64,000 nucleotides of DNA from Planctomycetota bacterium (GCA_040755855.1 JBFMAD010000002.1:128001-192000), one strand, 5' to 3'. Positions 1-9,116 are shown, counted from the first letter of the stretch. Program-made: numbers and translations. Notes: generated by a model from the sequence alone, not told the origin.

Positions 1-1878
1 GTCCGGGATGTCCTCGCGAAAGACCTTGACCACCGGATTGACGAGCCACATGGCGACGGGGCCTTTCCGCTCGGCGGCATCCGCGCCGGGGCGGGTCTCC
101 AGGTCGCCGAGGATCGCCGGGATCATCCTGCAGAAGACGATGTCATCGTGCCAAAGCGTGCCGTGGCAGTCCATGGTGAGGTGCAGGGCCACGAAGCGCG
201 TCTCGCCGGAGGTCTGCAGGACCGCGCTGGTCTGGGTCCAGTCGGCGTCTCCCGACACATCGGGCCGCGTCGAGAAGCCCCACTGCCCCTTGATCTGCTT
301 GTGGTCCTTGTTGTGCTGGTGGAGGTGGAGGGTGGCTTTCCCATCCACGCCTTTCGTCTTGAGGAAACCGCTATAGAGGTAGGTGGCGTTCGGCTCGACG
401 GCAATGGTCTGGTGATGCCCGCGCCAACCGGCCTTGGCATCGGCGGGGACATCGAGGCGGATGCACTTCTGCCCGGAGCGGGCGCCGCCGTCAATCTTCG
501 ACATGCCCTCCTGGCGCTGCCACTCAGCGTCGCCCTGCTCGAAGGACGGGTTCTTCACGAGGTTCGTCTTGCCCGACACGAGGTCGTCGCCGGAGAGCAT
601 CTTGCCCGGCTTGATTCGCTTGTCGCAGCTTACGTAGACATGGTAGGTCTTTTCACTTCGGGCGGGGAGATCGGCCTGGAAGAGGACCGTGTTGTCCTGA
701 AGCAGATGGGGACAGACGGCAGCGGTGGTCGAATCCACAACGCGAACGGAATCCAGATTCGCCTTCCGAAACGCCCCCTTCAGGCCCTGGTTCAGGTCCA
801 CGCTGGCGAGGGCGTTCTGCGCCGCCTGGTCGGACATGTTGAGGAGCGTCACGCCGAGCCGATATTCCCACACGGGGCCGTTGGGCGCGTCGGCCTTCAG
901 CCATGCGTCGGCGACAGTGATCTTCTGCAGGGTCAAAGATTCCTTCTTGCCGACCGACACCTGGGCGGGCTGGGAGGCGTCGGCCCGTTCGAGGCGGAAC
1001 TCGTCGTACCAGGCTGTGCCCGTGCCGCTCAGGATCGTGCCGACGGTAGCGTCCTTGGCGTCGGGAGGGGTGGTGAAGCGAATCTCCAGTTCCTTCCAGT
1101 CGTAGGTCCCCTCGCCCGCGTCGGCAGACTGGTTCATGATCATGGGCTTCTCGCCGTTGACGTGGATGAAAAACCCCGCGCGGCCCTTGACATCCTTGCC
1201 CTTGACGCATGCCTTCAGGACGTACTCCTTGCCGGAGGTCAGGGGGATTTTGTATTGACCGTACTTGACCCATGTCGGCTCGGCGCCGGCAGCGACCACG
1301 CACTTGACGCAGCGCCCCCCGTCGCACGGCGACTCCTTGACCCACGACAGATGGTGTGTGTCATCTTCCCCCCATGTGGTCCAGCCGGCGGGCGTCTCGC
1401 CGCCGTCCTCGAAGCCGCCGTTGAGGAGGGGCACGTTGGCGCGCCAGAAGTCGTCCACGGCCTCGGCGTCGGGATTGTCGTAGTATATGTGATAGACGGT
1501 GCTGCCCTGCGGGTCGCACTCCACGGCGAAGGCGAGGGTGTCCCCATCGGCGAGCGCGCCGATGGTCTTGGGCCTTTGCTGCGTGTCGAGCAGCTCGTAG
1601 AGCAGCTCCTCGCCCTGGGCGTCGCAGACGCGAAGGGCCTTGATCTCCTCCCCGGACAGGTCGAGACGGCCATCGCCCTTGCCGACGGTGAGGGAGATGG
1701 AGTCGCCCTCGATCTTCCGCTCGGACGTGTTGCGGACATCGACGCGGACGCGGCCCTTCCAGTACCCCTTCCCCGCCTTGTAGAACCGCAGGTGCCAGGG
1801 AGACTCATCGGCGTCGGCTACACCAAGGGAAAACACGGAGAAAAGAAGCAAGGCCAAGAATACACATTTGCGGAACAT
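1..1878 (-). CDS. Large secreted carbohydrate-active protein with two CBM4/9-like modules (partial, runs off the window start; probably followed by a DUF4091/GH123-like catalytic region)
   Basis: Not in the ORF track because no stop lies in the window. Hand translation from ATG 1878 (RBS GGGAG): MFRKCVFLALLLFSVFSLGVADA signal peptide, then 'LLNGGFEDG..PAGW...AWYDEFRL' and 'NLVKNPSFEQG..W...LWHDDIVF' CBM-like motifs, ending 'WLVNPVVKVFREDIP' at the edge. Confidence 0.8.
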   Translation of the reverse strand, partial: MFRKCVFLALLLFSVFSLGVADADESPWHLRFYKAGKGYWKGRVRVDVRNTSERKIEGDSISLTVGKGDGRLDLSGEEIKALRVCDAQGEELLYELLDTQQRPKTIGALADGDTLAFAVECDPQGSTVYHIYYDNPDAEAVDDFWRANVPLLNGGFEDGGETPAGWTTWGEDDTHHLSWVKESPCDGGRCVKCVVAAGAEPTWVKYGQYKIPLTSGKEYVLKACVKGKDVKGRAGFFIHVNGEKPMIMNQSADAGEGTYDWKELEIRFTTPPDAKDATVGTILSGTGTAWYDEFRLERADASQPAQVSVGKKESLTLQKITVADAWLKADAPNGPVWEYRLGVTLLNMSDQAAQNALASVDLNQGLKGAFRKANLDSVRVVDSTTAAVCPHLLQDNTVLFQADLPARSEKTYHVYVSCDKRIKPGKMLSGDDLVSGKTNLVKNPSFEQGDAEWQRQEGMSKIDGGARSGQKCIRLDVPADAKAGWRGHHQTIAVEPNATYLYSGFLKTKGVDGKATLHLHQHNKDHKQIKGQWGFSTRPDVSGDADWTQTSAVLQTSGETRFVALHLTMDCHGTLWHDDIVFCRMIPAILGDLETRPGADAAERKGPVAMWLVNPVVKVFREDIPD

Positions 1879-1997
1879 GGCAATCTCCCGTGTCAATGTC
1901 GGGGCGTTTTTCTGCATCATCGAGTTTCTACAGGTTGACATAGGATAACCACGACATCGGAGAAACGCAAGAGGTTCGTTCTGTGGTGCGACGTTAC

Positions 1998-2026
1998 TTG
2001 ACAGCGCTGCCGCATAGTGGTAAGGT
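1998..2026 (+). promoter_or_regulatory. Sigma70-type promoter for the DUF4258/YgiT TA operon
   Basis: TTGACA-17 nt-TAAGGT with an extended -10 TG. Confidence 0.55.
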
Positions 2027-2117
2027 GGAGATAGGCAGAAGAGGGGGATGCCGAAGGGCCATCTGCCGTCAGGTTCGGTGAGGTCGGTGATCTGTTTATC
2101 CTTATGCGGGACGCGGG

Positions 2118-2393
2118 TTGAGCAGGATCGGTGAAATCCAGGCCCTTGTGCGCAACGGTCTGTATTATTTGACCGAGCATGCGTATGAGGAAGCGGCGTT
2201 GGAGGATTTCAATATCTATGATGTGGAGGAAGGCATCCTCGGTGGAAGGATCAGAAGAACGTGGCCGAGGCAGCAGAAATATGAAGTCGTTGGCTCGGCG
2301 TTGGATGGGCGACCGATCGGTGCAATATGTCGCATAACACCGGGAGGCAAAATCCGCGTTATCACTGTTTGCGAAGATAGGCCAAAGAGATGA
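2118..2393 (+). CDS. DUF4258 family putative toxin
   Basis: 91 aa with 'YYLTEHAYEE...DVEEGIL.G...KYEVVG..LDGRPI...RVITV'. Overlaps the next gene by ATGA. Confidence 0.8.
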   Translation: MSRIGEIQALVRNGLYYLTEHAYEEAALEDFNIYDVEEGILGGRIRRTWPRQQKYEVVGSALDGRPIGAICRITPGGKIRVITVCEDRPKR

Positions 2394-2644
2394 AGCAAAA
2401 AACAGAGAACTTCTGGCAGGGGGAGACATGCGAGTACTGCGGCGGTACCATTGTGGAGAAGCGGGTGACATTGCACCGCCGCCTTCGGGCCAAGTCCGTT
2501 CTCATTGAGAATGTGCCGGCTGGGGTGTGTCGAGAGTGCGGCACACGGTACTACGCGGCCAATGTGCTCAAGCGTGTGGAGGAAAGCGTGCGCGGGCGAC
2601 GCCCGTCAGATCGGGAGGAAGTGGTCGCCGTCTATTCGCTGTAG
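2390..2644 (+). CDS. YgiT-type zinc-finger (MqsA-like) antitoxin
   Basis: CEYC...'IENVPAGVCRECG.RYY' is the typical YgiT finger; translationally coupled to the DUF4258 gene. Confidence 0.85.
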   Translation: MKQKTENFWQGETCEYCGGTIVEKRVTLHRRLRAKSVLIENVPAGVCRECGTRYYAANVLKRVEESVRGRRPSDREEVVAVYSL

Positions 2645-2733
2645 CGCAGATGTTGCAGAAATCAAACATTGAACGACATGCTGCAAGAGTCCGTTGGCGC
2701 GACGTCGTCTGTATGTGGTTGCTGAGGCCATCG

Positions 2734-3654
2734 TCAGTCTTCTGTCCACGGAGTCCCTTGTAGCAGTTTCTGCCACGCATCCGTGGATTTTCCAACCGTT
2801 CGGATGGCCTTTCTGGCCAACCCATACTGGGCGAGGAGATTCGCGAGACAGAAAGCGTGGCAGCCGGGACAGTTGAGGGTCCTGACATAGGCGTCGTATG
2901 AGAGAAGCACTTGCCTCCTGGATAGCTGTTCGGAAATGTGAATCCCGCCCACAATCTCCTGCCGTGCCCCAATGTATCCAGGGCGGTCCTTCAAGGGATG
3001 GATCCGTTCGCCATGAATTCGCCGCCCAATGGCGTCCGGAAGTTCCCTTGTCATCTCCTGAATCCGCCGCCGAATCGGGTTCTCTTCGTCCGCGAGGATT
3101 TCCAACCCCCAGAGATCCAATTGCGCGGTCTCTCCCGACGGGTCGTTCTCCAGGGCCTCACTCAACTGATCAAGGTTTGAGCGCAGCAATTTTTGGAACT
3201 TCTGACTTGCAAGGACTTCTCCAATGACACCATCAAGTACCATCACAGGGCAGTCCGGATCATCAGCCGGTTCGATTTCAGGATAGGATACGACGACGAT
3301 GGGCAGGCCGCAGCACTCGCATGCGTTGATCTTGGCATCCAGTTTGAGCTTTCGATGCGGGTCTTCTGTTTTCACGACCTGAATATATTTTCCGTGACGT
3401 GAGAAACCGTGACCAAGGCCATCGAACTCGACTGCCAGGATCGGCGATGCAGAGCGATCGCAAACCACAAAGTCAAATTCGGTCTTGAGTAGGTATTCCC
3501 TGGCCTGGTCGCTGATAGACAGGTTCTTGAGCTTGTCATACCCAAGGGCTTTTCGAACGGGAACTTGTGGATACACGTCCAGGTATTTCTGCCAGTGTGT
3601 CCGCACCTTCGTGTACGCCCGCTTTTCACTGTCACTATCGAACAGTAAAGGCAT
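2734..3654 (-). CDS. DUF2726 domain protein (PD-(D/E)xK nuclease-like)
   Basis: 'VYPQVPV...EFDFVVCD...ILAVEFDG..H...K...C...GLPIV' motif. Start placed at ATG 3654 (MPLLFDS) behind AGGTGAGG. Confidence 0.7.
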   Translation of the reverse strand: MPLLFDSDSEKRAYTKVRTHWQKYLDVYPQVPVRKALGYDKLKNLSISDQAREYLLKTEFDFVVCDRSASPILAVEFDGLGHGFSRHGKYIQVVKTEDPHRKLKLDAKINACECCGLPIVVVSYPEIEPADDPDCPVMVLDGVIGEVLASQKFQKLLRSNLDQLSEALENDPSGETAQLDLWGLEILADEENPIRRRIQEMTRELPDAIGRRIHGERIHPLKDRPGYIGARQEIVGGIHISEQLSRRQVLLSYDAYVRTLNCPGCHAFCLANLLAQYGLARKAIRTVGKSTDAWQKLLQGTPWTED

Positions 3655-3677
3655 GTCGCGCCTCACCTGATGCGGAC

Positions 3678-4013
3678 TCAGGCGTTCCCATACAACACCA
3701 CCCCGTGTTCCAACACGTCTTGGACAAAGAAATCCTGGAGGGCAAGCCTCTCCTGAAGTTCTTTGGGTGTGTATACAAGAGGCGAAACAGAAGCCGTTCT
3801 GCGACGGTCTCGCAACAGCCGCTTTACCTCCATCCATCGTCGCATGGGGGGATGGTCCGTCTCTTTGACAATGAGCAAGTCAATGTCGCTGTCCGGGGTA
3901 GGTTTGCCGCCTGCATAGGAACCAAAAAGGACGATCAGTTGCGGCGCGTACTCTGCCACAAGCTTCTGGACGATCTCGCCAATCTCTGGTCTGACCCTTT
4001 TTTCCGCCTTCAT
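3678..4013 (-). CDS. Minimal nucleotidyltransferase (MNT-type antitoxin)
   Basis: 'IVLFGSYAGG.P..DSDIDLLIV...VYTPKE...GVVLY' motif; ATG at 4013. Confidence 0.88.
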   Translation of the reverse strand: MKAEKRVRPEIGEIVQKLVAEYAPQLIVLFGSYAGGKPTPDSDIDLLIVKETDHPPMRRWMEVKRLLRDRRRTASVSPLVYTPKELQERLALQDFFVQDVLEHGVVLYGNA

Positions 4014-4102
4014 CACGCCGCTCCTTATCCGGGTCGCCTCACGCCGCCGGGCGACTGCATGTGATTCTCCCGCCGAAATATACCCCCTTGCCGTGTGGAA
4101 AT

Positions 4103-5173
4103 TCAATCGGAAAGTTTGGTCGAGACGCGGGCGGCGTCGAACGTGGCCATCTCGGTGAGGATCCGCTTCGCCGCCTCGACCAGGTTCATGGCCAGCGCCG
4201 CGCCGGTGCCCTCGCCCAGCCTCATGCCGAGGTCGAGGAACGGCTCGACGCCTATCGCCTCCAGCATGGCCCGGTGGCCGGTCTCGACGGAGCGGTGCGA
4301 GGCGATGATGTAGTCCTTCGCCGCGGGACAAAGCCTCGCGGCGATGAGGGCGCCGGCCGTGGAGATAAGGCCGTCAATCAGGACAGGCTTGCGATGCGCC
4401 GCCGCGGCGAGGACGCACCCCGCCAGGCCGCCGATCTCGAAGCCGCCGACCTTGGACAGCACATCCATCGGATCGGATGGGTCGGGCCGGTTGACGGCGA
4501 CGGCCTTCTCGATGGCCGCGACCTTTCGGTCCAGGCACTTGTCATCAACGCCCGTCCCGCGGCCGGTTACCTCCCGCACGCTCCGTCCGGTAAGGACGGC
4601 GGCGATGGCGGCGCTGGGCGTGGTGTTGCCGATGCCCATGTCGCCCGCGCCGAGGACGTCGAGGCCCTTTCCGCAGAGGCCCTCAACGACTTCGATCCCC
4701 GCTTCGACGGACGCGACGGCCTGGTCGCGCGTCATGGCCGGGCCTACGGCCATGTTTTGCGTGCCGGGGGCGATCTTCTTCGACAGAATCCTGCCGGAGT
4801 CGGCCAGGGCGCTCAGGTCGGCGGCTACGCCCATGTCCACGACCACTACCTCCGCGCCCACGAGCCGGGCGAGGACATTGATGGCCGCCCCGCATGCAAC
4901 GAAGTTGTGCACCATCTGGGCGGTGACCTCCTGTGGGAACGCGCTGACGCCCTCGGCCACGACGCCGTGGTCCCCGGCCATCGTGACAATGACCTTTCGG
5001 GTGGTGGGTGGATTCAGACTTCGGCTGATGCCGGCCAGCCGCACGGCGAGTTCCAGGATGCGGCCGAGCGCGCCGGGGGGCATGGTGAGTCTCGCGATGC
5101 GCTCTCTGGCTTTGGTCTCAGATGGTTTATTGGCGGGTCGGATGCGTTTGATGGTCGAGGCCAGGTTTCCCAA
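4103..5173 (-). CDS. cobT: Nicotinate-nucleotide--dimethylbenzimidazole phosphoribosyltransferase
   Basis: 'P.GALG..LE', 'AGDHGV', 'GDMGIGNTT', 'GGFEI', 'MRLGEGTGA' motifs. TTG start at 5173 behind GGAG. Confidence 0.95.
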   Translation of the reverse strand: MGNLASTIKRIRPANKPSETKARERIARLTMPPGALGRILELAVRLAGISRSLNPPTTRKVIVTMAGDHGVVAEGVSAFPQEVTAQMVHNFVACGAAINVLARLVGAEVVVVDMGVAADLSALADSGRILSKKIAPGTQNMAVGPAMTRDQAVASVEAGIEVVEGLCGKGLDVLGAGDMGIGNTTPSAAIAAVLTGRSVREVTGRGTGVDDKCLDRKVAAIEKAVAVNRPDPSDPMDVLSKVGGFEIGGLAGCVLAAAAHRKPVLIDGLISTAGALIAARLCPAAKDYIIASHRSVETGHRAMLEAIGVEPFLDLGMRLGEGTGAALAMNLVEAAKRILTEMATFDAARVSTKLSD

Positions 5174-5197
5174 TGTAGTGCTCCGTCTGCCTGGGCC

Positions 5198-5228
5198 AAA
5201 AAATCGCCCGCCCAACAGAGGGCGGGCG
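5198..5228 (-). terminator. Intrinsic terminator between the Minf_1886 gene and cobT
   Basis: Minus strand CGCCCGCCC-TCTGTT-GGGCGGGCG followed by ATTTTTT. Confidence 0.7.
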
Positions 5229-5259
5229 GGAGGTTTCGCGTCGCCGTTCGACCGGCGCT

Positions 5260-5700
5260 TCACGTCCGGCGGCTGGCGCGGTCTCGTTTGGTTTTTTCGG
5301 GGACAAACACGTCGTCGAAGGCAGAGGCGAAATCGTAGACGTTGTGGAAGTCGTCAATGGAGTCCGAGTCTCGCCTCGCCATGAGCTGGTGCTGGATGAG
5401 GAGGTAAACCATCTCCCCGAAGTCGTCGGTGCGGAAGACGCCCCATTCCTCGAAAACCGCCTTTGCCATGTAGCCGAACTGCTCGATGGCGAACCGCCGG
5501 ACGCCCTCGCAGAGCTCCTGGCCGGTCACATGGCGCCCCTCCTCCGTCTCGCTGTCGCGGTTTTTTTCGAATAGCCCTTGCGTGTAGCTCAGAGCCTCGA
5601 AGAGGAACTGGAACGCCTGTGGATCGTATCGCCCGTCGCTTCTGGCGATTTTTGCCAGGGAGTACGCAAAACCGTCTGAGCCTTCTGCATCCGAACTCAA
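5260..5700 (-). CDS. Minf_1886 family (PVC-restricted) protein
   Basis: 'D.RY...AFQFLFEAL...HVTGQELCEG.R..A.EQFG.MA..V...WG...T.DFGEMVY.LI'. TTG start at 5700 behind GGAGAG. Confidence 0.85.
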   Translation of the reverse strand: MSSDAEGSDGFAYSLAKIARSDGRYDPQAFQFLFEALSYTQGLFEKNRDSETEEGRHVTGQELCEGVRRFAIEQFGYMAKAVFEEWGVFRTDDFGEMVYLLIQHQLMARRDSDSIDDFHNVYDFASAFDDVFVPEKTKRDRASRRT

Positions 5701-5741
5701 TGCCGTTTCTCTCCAATACTTCTGGAATCGCAAGACACCGG

Positions 5742-6725
5742 CTATCCCCTATCCTCGTTGTCGTTAAGATCGCTCTCATCGTTATCGGTATCGCCGTTTT
5801 CGCTGTCGTCGCTGTCGGCTTCCCGTCTTTTGTCCCTCCGGCTCGACAACCTTTCTTTGTCGTCCTCCTGCCTGGGATCGGGGGCGGATATCTCCTTTTC
5901 GATCTCGCTGACGTGAACCACCACCTCGCGTTCGCCGTCGAGCTCGATGGTCACGAACTGCGGAAGGACCTCGTATCCCGTCACTTCGCCGATACCCTGG
6001 GCGATCTTGACCCGCGTCCCCTTCTTCGGCAGTTCTCGCTTGAGGTCGTCGTACATCTCGTCCTCGAAGCGCAGGCAGCACATCAGCCGGCCGCATCGCC
6101 CGGAGATTTTCGCGGGATCGAGCGTGGCCTTTTGGTTCTTGGCCATTTTCATTGTCACCGGCTCGAGCTTCTGCATGAAACTCTTGCAGCAGAGCTCCCG
6201 GCCGCAGTGTTCCACGTCGGCCAGCAGTCGAGCCTCGTCGCGGACGCCGATCTGGCGCATCTCGATGCGCATCTGGTACTCGCGGGCCAGGTCCTTCACC
6301 AGCGTCCGGAAGTCCACTCGCCCCTCGGCCAGGAAGTAAAAGATGATCTTTGTGCCGCCGAAGAGGTGCTCCACGTCGGCCAGCTTCATCGGCAGATTGT
6401 GTTCCTTGATCTTCTGCTCGCAGAACTTGCGCTCTTTCGGGACGATCTCCTCCTCGATCTCCCTCACCCGCTCCATGTCCTTGGCGGTAACTTTGCGCAG
6501 AATTTCCCCCTTCGAGTCGTCCACCTTCTCCGCCTCATCGGTGATCGGCATCGAAAGGACGGCGCCAACCTCCACCCCCCGTTCAGTCCGCACCACGATC
6601 CGGTCCCCCATCCTCAAGCCGGCAAACTTGGCCCAGAACGTGGCGACGTAGGCCATGGCGCCGTACCGCACCGACACGACGGTCCGCTTGGCCTTTTCCG
6701 CAACAGATGGTTCCTGCGTGCTGAT
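5742..6725 (-). CDS. ricT: PSP1/stage 0 sporulation family (RicT/YaaT-like) protein
   Basis: 'RVDFR.LV..LA....RIEMRQIGVRDEA....CGRELCC...KMAK.Q..LDP.KISGRCGRLMCCL.FE'. The start is uncertain: ATC 6725 is proposed, and GTG 6677 is the first canonical start. Confidence 0.9.
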   Translation of the reverse strand: MSTQEPSVAEKAKRTVVSVRYGAMAYVATFWAKFAGLRMGDRIVVRTERGVEVGAVLSMPITDEAEKVDDSKGEILRKVTAKDMERVREIEEEIVPKERKFCEQKIKEHNLPMKLADVEHLFGGTKIIFYFLAEGRVDFRTLVKDLAREYQMRIEMRQIGVRDEARLLADVEHCGRELCCKSFMQKLEPVTMKMAKNQKATLDPAKISGRCGRLMCCLRFEDEMYDDLKRELPKKGTRVKIAQGIGEVTGYEVLPQFVTIELDGEREVVVHVSEIEKEISAPDPRQEDDKERLSSRRDKRREADSDDSENGDTDNDESDLNDNEDRG

Positions 6726-6764
6726 GACAATTCCCTTTCGCCGCGCAACCGATCAACATGAATT

Positions 6765-6794
6765 ATAATAGCATGTGGCGCCGTCGGCGGTCAA
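6765..6794 (-). promoter_or_regulatory. Sigma70-type promoter for ricT-Minf_1886
   Basis: Minus strand TTGACC-18 nt-TATTAT with TG-n extended -10. Confidence 0.55.
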
Positions 6795-6827
6795 GGGATT
6801 TCCCGGCGGGACGGTACTCCCTCAGAT

Positions 6828-6908
6828 GTAGGGTGGGCCTTTGGCCCGCCATTTTTGTTTTCGCGTGGGTCGTCGCCAGCTAATCGGTGGGCCACAGGCC
6901 CATTCTGC
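6828..6908. repeat. GTAG-type REP doublet (REPIN-like)
   Basis: GTAG-GGTGGGCC-TTT-GGCCCGCC (6828-6850) and an inverted GCAG-AATGGGCC-TGT-GGCCCACC (6886-6908). Confidence 0.6.
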
Positions 6909-6929
6909 GTTCTCGGTGCTTCTCTGCCT

Positions 6930-7157
6930 TCACTTTTCCTCCGGGCGGTCGGCGCCGGGCAGCTCGACGAAACTGCTGCCGTAGTAGGTGAAGATCACCT
7001 GGCCTTCTTTTGCCATGTCCTTGATGGCCTTCTTTACGTCCGCCTTGTCCACGCCCATCTCTTCAGCGATGGCCTTGGCCAGATCGCCCGGCTTTTGTTT
7101 CTTCTTCGCCGCCTGCAGGCGTTCCAATATCTTTTGCCGGATTTCCGCGTCGCCCAT
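6930..7157 (-). CDS. Small basic winged-helix protein (DsrD-like shape)
   Basis: 75 aa with a good RBS (GTAGGAG). Helix-helix-helix-wing pattern 'KILERL...PGDLAKAIAEEMGVDKADVKKAIKDMAKEGQVIFTYYGSSFVELP'. The family call is tentative. Confidence 0.7.
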   Translation of the reverse strand: MGDAEIRQKILERLQAAKKKQKPGDLAKAIAEEMGVDKADVKKAIKDMAKEGQVIFTYYGSSFVELPGADRPEEK

Positions 7158-7361
7158 GGATTCATCTCCTACTCGTCTGGGGTAATTTTGGCGAAGGCCA
7201 ATATATCCTCTTTGCGCATCCCCTTCAAGACAAAAGTGGACCGGGGGACCATCTTCCTGTCCTCCATGATCTCTCTGATCGAGGGCCTCTTGATTTCCCC
7301 AGCCGGGCGTTATATCCTGATATGCCGGAACTCAGGCAACTTGTCGCAAACGGAGCAAGCC

Positions 7362-8333
7362 ATGGAACTGAAAAACTGGCCGTCCTATCCGCACCAGGTG
7401 GACAAACTCGTCGAGCAATGGCAGGAGAAGTATCCGCGGTACCTCATCGTAGATTTCCTCACACAGCACCTTCGCCAGAAGGTCTATATGCTCACCGTCA
7501 CGGACCGCGACGCGCCCCAGCGTGGGAAGAAGAAACAGATGTTCACCGTACCCCACGCCCACGAACCGGCGGGGACCGTCGGGTCGCTCAACTTCATCCA
7601 CCAGCTCCTGACGGGACATCACTTGGATGGGACGGCGTCCACGCTGGACCGGAAACGGATTCTCGAGAAGACGCTCATCTCCTTCAACCCCGACTCCAAT
7701 CCGGGCGGGCGGATGCGCTCGCCGGTGCATTTCTGGGACGGGACGCGCTATACCAACGAGGAGTTTTGGGCATGGATGAGGGGGATAGACCCGGAGACGC
7801 TGAGTATGTTCAAGCGCGTCGCCCGGTGGAGCATCCGCGAGGAGAACCCGCTACGGATAGGAATCGTTTACGAGCAGCTCAACGAGCACGAGTTCGTCGA
7901 GCCGAACCGGGATATGGGGTCGTCGCTCCTGCGCCTTGTCGTAAGATACTGTAATAAATGGCGATACGACCAATATCTATCTTTGCACCAGACGGAGTTT
8001 CAGGGGCGGGCGGACCGGGCCAATGCGATGATTATCCTGCCGGTCGTCCAGACGGAGATCGGGCAGGAGCTGCAAGAATGTAACATGAACTGGGCGATGG
8101 ACATCATCGGGCAATGGAAGCGGGCGGGTGCGCGCCCCATCGAGGCGGTGAAGCCGCTCAACTACGGCGAGCCGCACCGATCCTGGTTCATCGAGTGCTG
8201 GGGGTGGTTGGAAAAGCAGATGCCCTGCATCACCGTCGAGATTCAGAACAACAATCCTGACACGCCGCCGGAGAAGCAGCTCCTTTTCATGGATGTAGCC
8301 ATTCGTGAGAGCGCAGAACGCCTGTTGCGATAA
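7362..8333 (+). CDS. M14 family zinc carboxypeptidase-like protein
   Basis: HxxE motif 'HAHEPAG', 'NPDSNPGGR', 'LSLHQ' and 'ITVE'. ATG 7362 behind GGAG. Confidence 0.75.
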   Translation: MELKNWPSYPHQVDKLVEQWQEKYPRYLIVDFLTQHLRQKVYMLTVTDRDAPQRGKKKQMFTVPHAHEPAGTVGSLNFIHQLLTGHHLDGTASTLDRKRILEKTLISFNPDSNPGGRMRSPVHFWDGTRYTNEEFWAWMRGIDPETLSMFKRVARWSIREENPLRIGIVYEQLNEHEFVEPNRDMGSSLLRLVVRYCNKWRYDQYLSLHQTEFQGRADRANAMIILPVVQTEIGQELQECNMNWAMDIIGQWKRAGARPIEAVKPLNYGEPHRSWFIECWGWLEKQMPCITVEIQNNNPDTPPEKQLLFMDVAIRESAERLLR

Positions 8334-8496
8334 GCGGGATTGTTTTGGGAGAAAAGAAAGACACCCGCGTCAGGGCAAGCCGCAAGGGAAGGTTTTGCGT
8401 GCCGAACCGCGGGCGTCTTATAGAGGCCGGCTGGCCTGGGTGATCCGTCACATCATACGCCCATCCATCTCTCTCGGCAGGTTCATGCCCCGTCAA

Positions 8497-8913
8497 TTAC
8501 TCGCTGCCGTGATTGTCGCGGGGGCTTCTGTTGCCCTTCGCCCTGGCCTCGCGCATCTTCGCAAGCCGCTCGCGGAAGAATAATCCCGCGCAGAGCATTC
8601 GGCTCACCTCAGCCGGTTGGAGGGACGTCAGGTGCTCCGGCGTCTTCAAGAGTTCCTTCGCCCGCTGGACGCAAGCCTGGGCCTCCTTCTGCGTCATCTT
8701 CGCCACGGCCTTTTTTCCACCCGCCAGGGACAGGACCGTACGATAGGGAACCATTCGCTCGCACGGCGCATCGAGCGCGCTGACCTTCTTGCCGCGGTAT
8801 GGGCACCTGCCGGTCAGGGGATCCCTTGCATCGGCAATCGGTATGGGCATGCAGTCGAAGCGCATGCAATCCCCGCAGTAGAGGCCCTCCTCACTGAAAG
8901 GTTCGACGCTCAT
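8497..8913 (-). CDS. Hypothetical protein with N-terminal Cys cluster (CxxC...C...C)
   Basis: ATG 8913 behind GGAGGG; 'YCGDCMRF...GRCPY...PCE'. Confidence 0.65.
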   Translation of the reverse strand: MSVEPFSEEGLYCGDCMRFDCMPIPIADARDPLTGRCPYRGKKVSALDAPCERMVPYRTVLSLAGGKKAVAKMTQKEAQACVQRAKELLKTPEHLTSLQPAEVSRMLCAGLFFRERLAKMREARAKGNRSPRDNHGSE

Positions 8914-9116
8914 GGTTCCCTCCGCGCGTGTTGGGCTTCCGAGCCGTGCGATGTGCCGGGGAAGGCGATCACACCATGCTACAAGATCATGGATAGCGAC
9001 CATCCTTCCCCCCGACATGTAGTGTTATTATACCAAATTTGCAATCGCCCATCAAGCCCTAAATTTCAGGGGGGAATCTCCAGGATGCGGGAAAAGGCCC
9101 CGTCGGCGGGAGCGCC

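Noticed and set aside
148..1938. 596-aa plus-strand ORF
   Set aside because: Antisense shadow of the real minus-strand secreted CBM protein (start 1878), which the ORF track missed because its stop is outside the window.
2048..2134. Short ORF with RBS upstream of the DUF4258 toxin
   Set aside because: About 28 codons with no recognisable features; cannot be distinguished from chance.
5174..5260. Cobalamin riboswitch upstream of cobT
   Set aside because: The region is too short and lacks the B12-box motifs; only a terminator is visible.
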